In this document: piece by piece, positions 40,067 to 50,177 of the stretch | How the letters are laid out: each line of letters opens with the position of its first letter | How positions within the stretch are numbered: position 1 is the first letter of the stretch | Translations under genes and position numbers: made by a program | Notes under the pieces: model-generated | Seen by the model: only the letters and a program-made list of their open reading frames with translations | What the model was told of the DNA's origin: nothing | Database searches by the model: none | NCBI GenBank assembly: GCA_965112635.1 | Contig: OZ218778.1 | Span: forward strand, 2,784,001 to 2,848,000 | Reading direction: 5' to 3' | From: an uncultured bacterium | GTDB taxonomy: Bacteria; Oederibacteriota; Oederibacteriia; Oederibacteriales; Oederibacteriaceae | DNA length: 64,000 nt

Positions 40067-42271
40067 TTATTTTAATACGATGAACTTCTTCGGCCCTATC
40101 TTGGTGGAACCCTGGTAGGTGTAGGTGGAGTTGTATTTCATGCTGACCATGTACAGATAAACACCGGATACGAAATTCCTGACATCCAAAATGCTCGCCT
40201 GCGGACCTCCCTGCTTTTGCTCCTCTATAGTTGCTACCAGCTCCGCGGCTTCGTTATAAACCCGTATCTTCACAGTCCCCGGTCCTAGCATCAGGTAAAC
40301 AATAGTCGCAGAATCACCTGTTGCCGGCGAAGGGTAAATAAACGAGGTGCCTATTGTGGGCGGGGTGGTAATAAAAGTCGGCGTGTTAGTAAAAGTCAAC
40401 GAGGGCGTGAAAGTCATGGACGGGGTCTGAGTCTGCGAAGGCGTGGAGGTCTGGGTCGAGGTATAGGTCTGCGTCCCTGTCATGGTCACCGTAGAGGTCA
40501 TAGTGACCGTAAAAGTCTGCGTGATGGTGGGGGTCTGGGTCGCTGTATTGGTCTGAGTGGCCGTGGCGGTCACCGTGGGAGTATTGGTCGCGGTGCCGGT
40601 CTGGGTCACGGTGCTGGTCTGGCTGGAGGTCAGGGTCTGGGAAGGGGTCAGCGTGATGGTGTAGGTGGCGGTCTGGGTAGTCGTGCTGGAGGCTGTCGGT
40701 GTCTGGCTGGAGGTCAAGGTCTGGGTCGATGTTCCTGTCGCTGAGGCGGTAGCCGAGGCGGTCCTGGTCGCCGTGTTAGTGCTTGTAGGCACAAAGGTGG
40801 CTGTCTGGCTAGGGGTCTGGGTGGATGTCGGCGTGGAAACCGAGGCCACCACATTGATGACCGCATAGTTAAAGGCGTAAAGCCTGGTGCCGTCGTCTGG
40901 CTGGAGTTTTTCCGTGGCTTTAAGCATCAAAATATAGGTCCCTACGGCGTTCATGGAAACCGTGGTGGAAAGGGCCGTGGGACTGCCCCAGGTCACCACT
41001 CCGCCAGTGGGGGTCACATAGCCGGGTGTGATGAAGCTGTAATCCGCGTAAGGATAAGGCGAAGTGCCGTACTGGCACCACTGCAGGGCCACGCCGTTGT
41101 TATAGGTGTCCGTGAGCGTGCCGTGCAAAGTGATCTGCTGGCCCACCGTGATGGTCTGGTTGGTGTCCGCGGTCACGGTCAGGGTGCCGGCTGTGCGCGG
41201 CCCGGCAGGGGCGGCGCTGGTCTGGATGATATCAAAGTTCGCCTGGGTCAGGGCATTGACGTCCGAAAGGTTGACGAACCTCGGATCAGGAGCATCCGAA
41301 TAGAACATATTACTGCCGTTGTCCGCCACAATGGCCCCGTATTTTTTTAAGGCCAGAGCCACGGCCTGGGCAGCCGGGGACCATGCCCCGGGAATGGCAA
41401 AATTGGCCTTGAGCCTCAGGCGCTCTCCCATCCTCGGGTAATTTGAACCGGGCGGCTGGCTGCCCGCCTGGTGCTGGGCCGGGTAGACATAGGCTTTTTG
41501 CGAGGTATGGACAGTGATGCGGATGGCGTGTTCCACCATGCCCCGCTGGCACTCGTCATAGCGGATGACCGCCGGGAAAATGGGCAGGCCGGCCGCGTCT
41601 CCCGAGGTCATGCCAGCGCAGCGCATCTGGTTGCTCGTCAGGTCCCAGGCCGCCCCGTTGGAGGCCGTCCAGGTGCCCGTGCAGTCCGTGGCTGACCTGA
41701 CCATCTGCCAAGTCTCGAACAGGTGCATATTGAGGGGGTCTACGGTAATGGAGTGGTGGTCGCCGCTTAAGGTCCCTGACCACAGGCAGTTCGAGTCCGC
41801 GCCTACGCCAAAGGGATTGGGCCAGGGTTCACACGGCTGGTCCGGCGGGACAGGATACGCGCCTGGCGTGCCGCCTCCTGCGCAGTTAAAACAGTCGCCC
41901 ACGAACCGGTCGGAATCGCCTGGATAAAGGTTGAAGGTCACGTTGACTGTGGGTTGGGTGGGAGGCACGAAAATGAAACACATGTCATCATTATTGTGCA
42001 TGTTCCCGGCCATATTGGCCAGGACGGCTGCGGAATTGGCAGCGACCGCACGGTTGGAAATATCCTCATTCCAAGCGCTGTCGGTGGGAAAAACCTGCAA
42101 GGCCGCCGACACCTGGTCGGCGACGGGAGCGATATCGAACATGGCCGTGGTGGTCAGATTGACCATGGCCGGAAGGATGCGTCCCTCTTGGTTGATATTC
42201 AACGCCTGGGTAAAAGAGGTTATGGACAGGATAAAGCAAATGCTCAAAAAGAGCTTGGAAAAAAGTTTCAA
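40067..42271 (-). CDS. Secreted protein: uncharacterised conserved domain, Ig/PKD-like domain, Thr-rich linker, sorting domain
   Basis: TTG 42271 after GGAGG; signal peptide; FPTDSAWNEDI, TSGDAAGLP, HAIRIT, PRMGERLRL; long T/S/P linker; YPSPA…VYNEAAELV…SGVYLY. Confidence 0.8.
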   Translation of the reverse strand: MKLFSKLFLSICFILSITSFTQALNINQEGRILPAMVNLTTTAMFDIAPVADQVSAALQVFPTDSAWNEDISNRAVAANSAAVLANMAGNMHNNDDMCFIFVPPTQPTVNVTFNLYPGDSDRFVGDCFNCAGGGTPGAYPVPPDQPCEPWPNPFGVGADSNCLWSGTLSGDHHSITVDPLNMHLFETWQMVRSATDCTGTWTASNGAAWDLTSNQMRCAGMTSGDAAGLPIFPAVIRYDECQRGMVEHAIRITVHTSQKAYVYPAQHQAGSQPPGSNYPRMGERLRLKANFAIPGAWSPAAQAVALALKKYGAIVADNGSNMFYSDAPDPRFVNLSDVNALTQANFDIIQTSAAPAGPRTAGTLTVTADTNQTITVGQQITLHGTLTDTYNNGVALQWCQYGTSPYPYADYSFITPGYVTPTGGVVTWGSPTALSTTVSMNAVGTYILMLKATEKLQPDDGTRLYAFNYAVINVVASVSTPTSTQTPSQTATFVPTSTNTATRTASATASATGTSTQTLTSSQTPTASSTTTQTATYTITLTPSQTLTSSQTSTVTQTGTATNTPTVTATATQTNTATQTPTITQTFTVTMTSTVTMTGTQTYTSTQTSTPSQTQTPSMTFTPSLTFTNTPTFITTPPTIGTSFIYPSPATGDSATIVYLMLGPGTVKIRVYNEAAELVATIEEQKQGGPQASILDVRNFVSGVYLYMVSMKYNSTYTYQGSTKIGPKKFIVLK

Positions 42272-42333
42272 ACCTGTGCCTCCCTGTCCATTCACATGCC
42301 ATATAATAGACAAGTATTACTCCAAAAAGTTCC

Positions 42334-42843
42334 TTACCACTTCTCTTTATGCAGGATCTCGGACATGGCCTTGCGGTTCTTCGCGGCGCCGGTCTTGGTG
42401 GGATAACCGAGGGTCAGCATCCCCACCATCACGATTTCTTTGGGGATAACGAGAAGCTCCTTGACCTTGTCCGAATCCACGTGGCCGACCCAGCAGGTCC
42501 CCAGCCCCAGCTCCACGGCCTGGAGCATCATGTGGGCCGTGGCCAGAGCTATGTCAATGGGGTAGCACTTTTCCCCGACCTTCATCACATGGCCGTCCGT
42601 CTCCGCGCAGCAGATGATGCTGACCGGGGCCTGGCCCACGAAAACCTGTCCGCCGGCCGCCTCGCCCAGCTTACGCCTCATGACCGCGTCCTGGACCACT
42701 ACGAACCGCCACTCCTGCTTGTTGCCCGCCGAGGGGGATAACCTCCCCGCCTCCAAAACCGCCTGGAGCTTGTCCGCTTCCACGGGTTTGTCCTGGAATT
42801 CCCTGACGCTCTGTCTTTTCAAAATGGCTTCTTTGACGTTCAT
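42334..42843 (-). CDS. Nitroreductase-family protein
   Basis: RQSVREF, SPSAGNKQEW, GLGTCWVG. Confidence 0.93.
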   Translation of the reverse strand: MNVKEAILKRQSVREFQDKPVEADKLQAVLEAGRLSPSAGNKQEWRFVVVQDAVMRRKLGEAAGGQVFVGQAPVSIICCAETDGHVMKVGEKCYPIDIALATAHMMLQAVELGLGTCWVGHVDSDKVKELLVIPKEIVMVGMLTLGYPTKTGAAKNRKAMSEILHKEKW

Positions 42844-42865
42844 AACCGTTCTCCTTTCCTGGGGG

Positions 42866-43063
42866 TCAGTTCTTGCCTTGTTGGTCTCTTATGAAATTCG
42901 CTATGGACCGGTCATAGGTCTTTTCGGCCTTGGGAGAAAAAAGGCATCCCGGCAGCTCACCCATCTCTTTGTGATAAACAATACATGAACAGCACTTTCC
43001 CCGGCGCTCGCAGCTGTAGGAACAGGCGCAGTTCCTTTGGTTAGCCGCCAATGAACATTCCAT
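42866..43063 (-). CDS. Small Cys-rich protein (DUF6485-like)
   Basis: AAGGAGG RBS; CACSYSCERRGKCCSCIVYH…ELPGCLF…EKTYDRS. Confidence 0.8.
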   Translation of the reverse strand: MECSLAANQRNCACSYSCERRGKCCSCIVYHKEMGELPGCLFSPKAEKTYDRSIANFIRDQQGKN

Positions 43064-43124
43064 AACTTACCTCCTTGCGAAGTGGTCTTGAATTTTCTAT
43101 AGTCATATATTATCTACAAAAGGG

Positions 43125-43529
43125 GTGCAAATGGAAACTATCGACGTGCAGTCCACCAGACGGCAGCAGGTCATCGACATCACCCGGCAGGTGCAGGGAC
43201 TGATCACAAAAAAAGGCCTTAAATCAGGGGCCTGCGTGGTCTACTGCCCCCACACCACGGCTGCCATCTCCTGCAACGAGAACGCCGACCCGGACGTGAA
43301 AAGCGACATCATGAACTTCCTCAGCCAGACCATCCCCCAGGACAGCGGCTATGCCCACTCTGAAGGCAACTCCGACGCCCATATCAAAACAACCCTGACC
43401 GGCTTTTCCCAGACCTTTATCGTGGAGGACGGCGAGCTTCAGCTGGGAACCTGGCAGGGGGTCTTTTTTATGGAGTACGACGGACCGCGCCACCGCGAAG
43501 TTTGGGTCAAGTTCCTCGCTACCGCCTGA
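43125..43529 (+). CDS. yjbQ: YjbQ/UPF0047-family protein
   Basis: PHTTAA, NENADPDV, HSEGNSDAH, LGTWQG..F.EYDGPR. Confidence 0.93.
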   Translation: MQMETIDVQSTRRQQVIDITRQVQGLITKKGLKSGACVVYCPHTTAAISCNENADPDVKSDIMNFLSQTIPQDSGYAHSEGNSDAHIKTTLTGFSQTFIVEDGELQLGTWQGVFFMEYDGPRHREVWVKFLATA

Positions 43530-43547
43530 TCTGGCCCCAGGTTTTTT

Positions 43548-44321
43548 TTAACGCTGTTTGTCCGCGAAATCGAGCAGCGGCCTGAGTCCGAACAGGGGCC
43601 CGCTGTGGGCGAAAGCAAGGATCTTGATCTTATCGGCCATGGGCTTAAGTTTGTAAGCCAGGGCTTTGATCGACTGCTTGCTCTGGGCCTGGTTCTCGCA
43701 GAAAATGGCCTTGCTGGGAGTGACCTCGCCATCGCTGCTGGACCAGCAGCTGTCTCCCATGAACAAAACTCCGTTGGCAAAGAACACCATGCTCCCGGCG
43801 GTATGCCCCGGCACGCTGTGCACCTGCACGCTGACCTTCCCCACCCTGACCGGTTTGCCGTCCTTTAAGATATTCGTGACCTTAAAATTGGAAGGCTTTA
43901 AGAGCATAAGGAATGAGAACAATTTGACGGGTTTTTGCAGGCCTTCGGCAATAGGCTTGTCCACCTCGGAGCAGTATATCTTGGCTTTGGGGAACAAAGG
44001 ACAGGCGGCTGTATGGTCCCTGTCGCCGTGGGTCAGAAGCACTGCCTGGACATCCTCCGGTTTAAATCCTTTTGTTTGCAGGGCCGCCAGAATGGCTTTG
44101 CCTTGCGGGTCATTGCCCGCGTCGATCAGGGCGACCTTGTGTTTGCCGACATCGAACATAAAACAGCTCACGAAACCGTCCTTGATGGTCGTGGCAAACT
44201 GATTGAGCACCAAGCCGTCCGGGATGGGAGAATCCCCCATAAAGGTAACGAAAAAAATTGTCATTGGTAAAAGGATAAGGACCACTACTACCACAGCGAT
44301 CCAGATAATTACTTTGACCAT
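43548..44321 (-). CDS. Membrane-anchored MBL-fold metallo-hydrolase
   Basis: N-terminal TM helix, LIDAG, THGDRDH, PGHTAGS, LFMGD, AH. Confidence 0.88.
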   Translation of the reverse strand: MVKVIIWIAVVVVVLILLPMTIFFVTFMGDSPIPDGLVLNQFATTIKDGFVSCFMFDVGKHKVALIDAGNDPQGKAILAALQTKGFKPEDVQAVLLTHGDRDHTAACPLFPKAKIYCSEVDKPIAEGLQKPVKLFSFLMLLKPSNFKVTNILKDGKPVRVGKVSVQVHSVPGHTAGSMVFFANGVLFMGDSCWSSSDGEVTPSKAIFCENQAQSKQSIKALAYKLKPMADKIKILAFAHSGPLFGLRPLLDFADKQR

Positions 44322-44412
44322 TGTTCTTTCCTCCTATTGTTGTTGAGGTTCAACCTACCCCTGGGTAGGAAATAGTTTACCTCTTAACCTCATAGTTTTG
44401 GCCTCTTTTTCG

Positions 44413-45540
44413 TTACAATTTGCTTTTAGTAGCCAGCACTGTATTGGCCATATCAGTAACGAATTTGGCCTTGAGCAGGCCTTCGTCCCATTCACCCTGA
44501 GCCGTGGAATCCCACACAATACCGCCGCCAATACCCATCTCTCCCTCTCCATTCTGGATTAGTAGGGTGCGGATGGGGATATTAAAACACATGTCCCGGC
44601 CAGGGGTAATGTAACCGATAGCGCCGGTATAGATCTTTCTCTCCTCCCCTTCTAGTTCCCTGATGATTTGCATGGCCCGCATCCTGGGCGCGCCGGTCAC
44701 TGAGCCGGATGGGAACATGGCTCCGAACAGGCGGTAGAGCGGGATATCTTTTTCCACCCGGCCCGTGATGGTGGAGGTCATCTGGTAAAGGGTCTTGTAC
44801 CCGGCCACCTCAAAAAGCTTGGGCGCCCGGATCTGCGTACCTACCCTGCCCAAGTCGTTCCTCAAAAGGTCGGCGATCATCACGTTCTCCGCCCTGTTCT
44901 TTGCGTCAAATTTGAGGCGGAACCTGGCCAGAATATCGGCCAGCCAGTTTTGGCTGCGGGGCCAGGTTCCTTTCATAGGCTTGGTCAAGGCCCGTTGGCC
45001 TGTTTTTTTCAAAAATAACTCCGGGGACAGGGAAAGGATATGGAAATGCTCGGTCTCTATGGCGGCAGGATACGGCACAGGCTGTTCCCTCAATAGGGCA
45101 AGATAGAGAAACATAGGATCACCGCTAAAGCGGAACAAAAGCTTCAGGCAATAGGTGATCTGATAGACGTCACCGACCGCGATATAGTCATGGATCTTTT
45201 GGATATTGGCTGCGTAACGCTCTTTCGAAATATTCAGGCGTAGATCAGAAAGCACCCCCCGGGGCAAAGCGGGATCCGGAACCGGCCACGCTTTTTGGGC
45301 CTCCTTATAAATGCCCACCTGCAACAGAGGAAAATCATAGGTCTTGTCCTCAGACAGTTTTTCCTCAAAACAATAGCCTGCCTCATAGGAAAAAAATCCG
45401 GCCGCATAATACCCGGCGGACAGGGCCTGCTCTATTTCCTGGAAACAATGAGCAAAAGCGGAAGGATGCCGGCAGGAAACAACGAATTGGGGATTTTGGA
45501 AAAAAAGAGGTTTGTTTTCAAAACCTATGAATACGTTCAT
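44413..45540 (-). CDS. pabB: Aminodeoxychorismate synthase component I
   Basis: GDVYQ, SPELF, PMKGT, AENVMIADLLRNDLG, FPSGSVTGAP, YTGAIG. Confidence 0.85.
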   Translation of the reverse strand: MNVFIGFENKPLFFQNPQFVVSCRHPSAFAHCFQEIEQALSAGYYAAGFFSYEAGYCFEEKLSEDKTYDFPLLQVGIYKEAQKAWPVPDPALPRGVLSDLRLNISKERYAANIQKIHDYIAVGDVYQITYCLKLLFRFSGDPMFLYLALLREQPVPYPAAIETEHFHILSLSPELFLKKTGQRALTKPMKGTWPRSQNWLADILARFRLKFDAKNRAENVMIADLLRNDLGRVGTQIRAPKLFEVAGYKTLYQMTSTITGRVEKDIPLYRLFGAMFPSGSVTGAPRMRAMQIIRELEGEERKIYTGAIGYITPGRDMCFNIPIRTLLIQNGEGEMGIGGGIVWDSTAQGEWDEGLLKAKFVTDMANTVLATKSKL

Positions 45541-45819
45541 GACCCTTCCCTCTGGTCTGGGTGCCCTTTTGATATTGCAGGGCTGCAGATCATGACCGTA
45601 TCAGATTCAATTACTATACAATAAACTTACCGGCTTCCCACGCACAATAATTGTTTGAAATTATGAAATAATCAACAAAAAATGGAACTTTTTGAAATAT
45701 TTAATGTCTAATAAGTGTTAAATAATACAAGGGTGAGGTGTGCCTTTTTAATTTCTAACTTATTAAATTGTATCACCGATGATTCTAACCCATTGCACTC
45801 ACCAACGATGGCCAGGAAC

Positions 45820-45828
45820 TGGTATAAT
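45820..45828 (+). promoter_or_regulatory. Extended -10 promoter TGnTATAAT
   Basis: TGGTATAAT about 15 nt upstream of the structured leader. Confidence 0.55.
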
Positions 45829-45843
45829 TAACAGAAATTTAAC

Positions 45844-45990
45844 AAAATATCAAAGAACTAGCGAAAAGCCGATTGTGGATGTGAGTCCACGATGGGAGAG
45901 CTATCCGCCTGACACACCCTGAGCGGAATCTTCAAACAGGGCAGGAACTGTCAGACACAGGGGTATACCGAAAGGTTCTTTTTTATTTTT
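45844..45990 (+). ncRNA. Riboswitch-like structured leader RNA, copy 1 (family unassigned)
   Basis: Shares conserved junctions and covarying stems with 59941-60129 (-); ends directly before AGGAGG. Confidence 0.75.
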
Positions 45991-46003
45991 TAGGAGGTGT
46001 CCC

Positions 46004-47994
46004 ATAAGAAGCTTTTGCAATGGAAGATCCATACTAGCTGTCCTGCTAGCTCTGGCTTCCATGCTTTTAGTCACTTCCATGCAAGCCACCTGCACTCGGT
46101 CGGTCTATGTTTCTACCTTTGGCCAGCTGAATACGGCCATCCAAAACATCCAGAGTGGCGACTGTATCTACCTCAACCCGGGCGTCTACCATGTGACGGA
46201 GAACAGCCCGCTCAAGATAACCGGCGTCAATAATATTGTCCTCTCCAGCGCCACAGGCAACCCCGGCAGCGTGACCATCACGGGGGTCGGGTTTTGCGAC
46301 GACGGTTCTGCCGGCGCCTGCTCACCCCATCAGGGTGAGCAGAACAACGATTGCCTGTGGATCGGGTGTTGCTCTGGCAGCTGCAACTCAATCACCATCA
46401 CGGGTATCACCTTTACCGAGGACTGCTATGGCATCAAGGTCACCCCGCCGACCAACGACATCGAAATTCTTAACTGCCGGTTCATCAATTTTGGATACCG
46501 CTGTATTAAAGGAGTGGCCAGTGGTACTAATATTTTTGAAACGAACGGCCTGGTGCAAAACTGTTACTTTGAGGATAACAAGATCCCATCCTCCTGCTGG
46601 AATTCCGGCGGCGATTATATTGCCGGCATGGACATGATGTGGGACAACGGCTGGACCATTGAGGACAATACCTTTGTGAACATCAAAGGCTACGGGGGAG
46701 GCGCCCGGGCGGCTGTTTTTCTCTGGGTGGGATGTAAAAATTGTATTGTCCAAAGGAACAGGATGATCGGTTGCGACCGGGGTGTCGCGTTCGGCAACGC
46801 GAGCGGTTCTTTAAACGGCCAAAACCAGATCGCCCGCAACAACTACATCGTGGCCCCGGCCGATGACGCCATTGAGCTGGAGTCTGTGGACAGCTGCGGG
46901 GTTTACAATAATAGTTGCTATCTGCTGGATACATCCATCCGGGGTATCTATTGCGTCGTGGACAATCCCCATGTGACCAATACCAACATCCAGAACAACA
47001 TGCTGAACAACCTGACCAGCAATCCTGCCTGGACTATCCAGACCACGGGCCTGACCTCGGGGACCGTGAATAACAATGACAAAACCGCCCCTTTATACGA
47101 CTGGGTGGATCCCACCAACGGCAACCTGGATCTCACTTCTTTTGCGTCTGATGCCATCAGCCAGGGTATAAATTTGGCTGCAGTGACCCAGGATATTTAC
47201 CAGCAGCCGCGGCCAAACCCGCCCTGTATCGGCGCCGACGAATATATCCCCCCACTCCGACCCAGACTTTTACCCCTTCTTCGACCTCGACCATTGGCCC
47301 GTCCGCTACCACTACATCGACCCCTTCGGTCACCCTGACCCCGTCTCTGAGCGGCACTTCCACTTCGACCACTACCATTACCCTGACCTCTTCGCAAACC
47401 GTCACCCCTTCCTTGACCGGAACCTCCACGCTGACCCTGACTTCTTCCCAGACGGCTACCATTACAGAGACCTCATCGCAAACTTCGACACCTAGTCAGA
47501 CCCTAACCTCCTCTCAGACCACCACCCCTACGGTGACCGGATCCCAGACCGTGACCTCTTCTCAAACTCTGACTTCCTCGCAGACGGCCACCATCACCAA
47601 TACTCCTTACTTCACCCCGATCCCCTCCTCCACGCCGACCCCCAGCGGCCAACTGGCCATACTCCAGCACATCCCCTATCCTGACCCGTTGAAGCAGGGC
47701 AGCCTGGTCACGATATACCTTGAAATGTCAGATGTGCCCGACAGCATGTCCTTGACCCTGTATACGGTCTCAATGCGGGAGATCCGCAAGAGCACGACCG
47801 TCTCCCTCAATAGCTCCACGGGCTTGCAGGTCGTTTACGAGGGCGAAGTGGCTAACTATGCCTGCACGGTCGCCCTCGACCTGAAAGACGACCAGAACCA
47901 GGACCTGGCCAATGGACTTTACTATTACCAGATACAGGTGACCAAAGGCCCCAAGAAGGCCAAGGCCATAGGTAAATTAGTGGTCACCCGATAG
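46004..47994 (+). pseudogene. Secreted right-handed beta-helix protein with Thr linker and sorting domain, split by a frameshift at a C6 tract
   Basis: Track ORFs 46061-47338 and 47413-47994 join into one frame if one C is added at 47248-47253. Probable ATA start at 46004. Architecture matches the intact neighbour 48051-50096. Confidence 0.8.
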
Positions 47995-48050
47995 GCCGGC
48001 TTTGGGCGGCAACTGCCGCTGAGGCCTGCGCTCAGGAAGGAAGTCTTAAT

Positions 48051-50096
48051 TTGAACTTATCTCTGCGGATTCTCCTGTGCTTGGTTCTTTTTTCCACCCT
48101 TAGCCACCTTCACGCCCAAACCTTTCCCCCTTTTGCCCCGGCCCTGCCGGCGCCGTTACCACCCATCATCAACGTAAACAACATTAACGCCCTATACAAT
48201 GCGGTTAATACTGCGGCTTCTGGGACCACCATTTTAGTAGCCGACGGGATTTATAATCTAAATCCTAACTTGGGCGGCTTCATGGGTGCTCTGGATTTTA
48301 GAACACCTAATGTCACACTGCGCGGCGCTTCCGGGAACCGTGAAAAATGCATTATCACTGGAACCACCATGACGGATACCTCCGCTGCCAACACCGGAAT
48401 AGCCATTAAGATAGAGGCCAACAATATAACCATCGCCAACGTTACCGTCTGCAATGTGTACTTTCATGACATTCAATTTCCGGACGCTGTATCTGCCAAT
48501 AACGCCGATATCTACAACTGCTGGCTCAAGGACTCGGGCGAGATGCACATCAAAAGTTCCCAGGCCTGTACCGGCGTTTATTGCGACAACAATATCGTGG
48601 AGTGGAGCCGTCTCTCCTACACCACGACCGCCGCTACCACCCCTTATGGCAGTTGCTCGACATTCCCCTGCTATTACTATGACGCCATAGATGTCCATGC
48701 CGGCAACAATTGGATCGTCAGGCACAACTGGTTCGTGGACGAATACCCGGTTCCGGGTGACTGGGCAAATATGGATGGCATGACCAATCCGGCTATTCTT
48801 TTTTGGAACGGCTGTGAGAATCCGCTCGTGGACAGCAATGTTTTCATCAACTGCAGTTCAGGGGTCGCCTTCGGGCTCAACCAAAATAGTGGCTGCTTTA
48901 CCGGGGGCGGTTCCTACCGCACTACTGACGATTGCCATGGAGGGATCATCCGCAATAATTTCTTCTACCGTGACCCCGCCCTGACCGGGGACGTTGCCAT
49001 TTATGTATGCGGCGCCCCCAACGTTACTGTGGTGGGCAATACCATTATCCAGCCCGATGAGGGCACCACAGCCCATGGAGGCGACGATATGGAAACTAAT
49101 TACAACAACACTAAAAACGCTTATATTGTCAACAATCTGTGCTGTCTTACTCCCGTTGTCAACCGGAGTGGCTGTGCTAATTGCACGGAATTTAACAATA
49201 TAACCGGAGCCACCCTCGGTTGGCTCGTCAATGGGGGTGCCAATATCACCATAACGGGAGATTGCCATCTGGTTGCCTCAGATACCCTGGCCATTGACCA
49301 GGGATTCCCCCTGGCGGGATGGGACGACTTTGATATTTTTGGGAATTCCCGGCCACAAACCTGCTCCTGTGCCTGTTATGATATCGGTGCGAATGAGTAT
49401 ATTTGCGGCACCAGCACCCCGACCTATACGCGCACAATGACCTATACGCCAACAATGACCTCCACGCCTGCCCCGACATCCACAGCCACATTGACGCCAG
49501 CACCACCCACGCAAACGTCCACGATCACCCTGACGTCTTCACAAACATGTACGGTAAGCCAAACCTATACGGCTACAGAGACAGGGACGCCGGTCACCGG
49601 GACACCTACATCCACATCCACGGCCAGCGGTACGCCGACCTTTACATCGACAATCACCCCGACCCAACTCCCCTTCACGGCAACCCCTCTTTCCAGCAGC
49701 ACTCCCACAACGACCTTCACACCGACTTTTACACCAACAGCCTATATGAGCTTGAGTATTATCAAACTGCTGACCTACCCCAATCCGGTGAAGAACCAGA
49801 ACAGCCTGAACTTTTATATCAATCTCAGTGACATTCCGGATCGGATCGACATCAAGGTTTATACGACAGCCGCGCGATTAATCAGGGTCATGAACTCGGC
49901 GCAGACCAAGGCGCCCAACGGGGTTACTCTGGTAGAAGATATCTACAATGAGTGTACGTTTGCCTATTCCATTCCCTACGACCTTACAGATTGGGAAGGA
50001 AACTGGCTTGCTGACGGTATGTATTATTTCGTGGTCGAAGCCAGGAAGAGCGACACCACTGTGCGGGGCATTGGACGCTTTACCATACTGAAGTAG
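48051..50096 (+). CDS. Secreted right-handed beta-helix (pectin-lyase-like) protein with Thr linker and sorting domain
   Basis: Signal peptide, GTTILVADGIY, Asn-ladder repeats, DIGANEY, T/P linker, YPNP…LADGMYYF…GRFTILK. Confidence 0.85.
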   Translation: MNLSLRILLCLVLFSTLSHLHAQTFPPFAPALPAPLPPIINVNNINALYNAVNTAASGTTILVADGIYNLNPNLGGFMGALDFRTPNVTLRGASGNREKCIITGTTMTDTSAANTGIAIKIEANNITIANVTVCNVYFHDIQFPDAVSANNADIYNCWLKDSGEMHIKSSQACTGVYCDNNIVEWSRLSYTTTAATTPYGSCSTFPCYYYDAIDVHAGNNWIVRHNWFVDEYPVPGDWANMDGMTNPAILFWNGCENPLVDSNVFINCSSGVAFGLNQNSGCFTGGGSYRTTDDCHGGIIRNNFFYRDPALTGDVAIYVCGAPNVTVVGNTIIQPDEGTTAHGGDDMETNYNNTKNAYIVNNLCCLTPVVNRSGCANCTEFNNITGATLGWLVNGGANITITGDCHLVASDTLAIDQGFPLAGWDDFDIFGNSRPQTCSCACYDIGANEYICGTSTPTYTRTMTYTPTMTSTPAPTSTATLTPAPPTQTSTITLTSSQTCTVSQTYTATETGTPVTGTPTSTSTASGTPTFTSTITPTQLPFTATPLSSSTPTTTFTPTFTPTAYMSLSIIKLLTYPNPVKNQNSLNFYINLSDIPDRIDIKVYTTAARLIRVMNSAQTKAPNGVTLVEDIYNECTFAYSIPYDLTDWEGNWLADGMYYFVVEARKSDTTVRGIGRFTILK

Positions 50097-50177
50097 CCAA
50101 ACTATTCTCAAAAGTTTAATGGAAGAACTGGTCCATGCTTACATCTGTTTCTCGCAACCTAAAATCATAGAACTCCA

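Noticed and set aside
40380-40850. Repetitive DNA in Thr/Ser/Pro linkers (also 47254-47640 and 49410-49740)
   Set aside because: Low-complexity coding linkers with no fixed repeat-spacer period, so not a CRISPR or DGR array.
43548-44321. MBL motif THGDRDH instead of HxHxDH
   Set aside because: A single ligand substitution of a kind seen in other MBL-fold proteins; too weak to call a new activity.
45859-45915. Resemblance to the ZTP (pfl) riboswitch (ACUAGCGAA…GUGG…CCAC..GGGAG…CCGCCUG)
   Set aside because: It lacks GACUGGCG and the CGCCUGGGC pseudoknot strand, copy 2 does not keep these words, and the downstream genes are not purine or folate genes.
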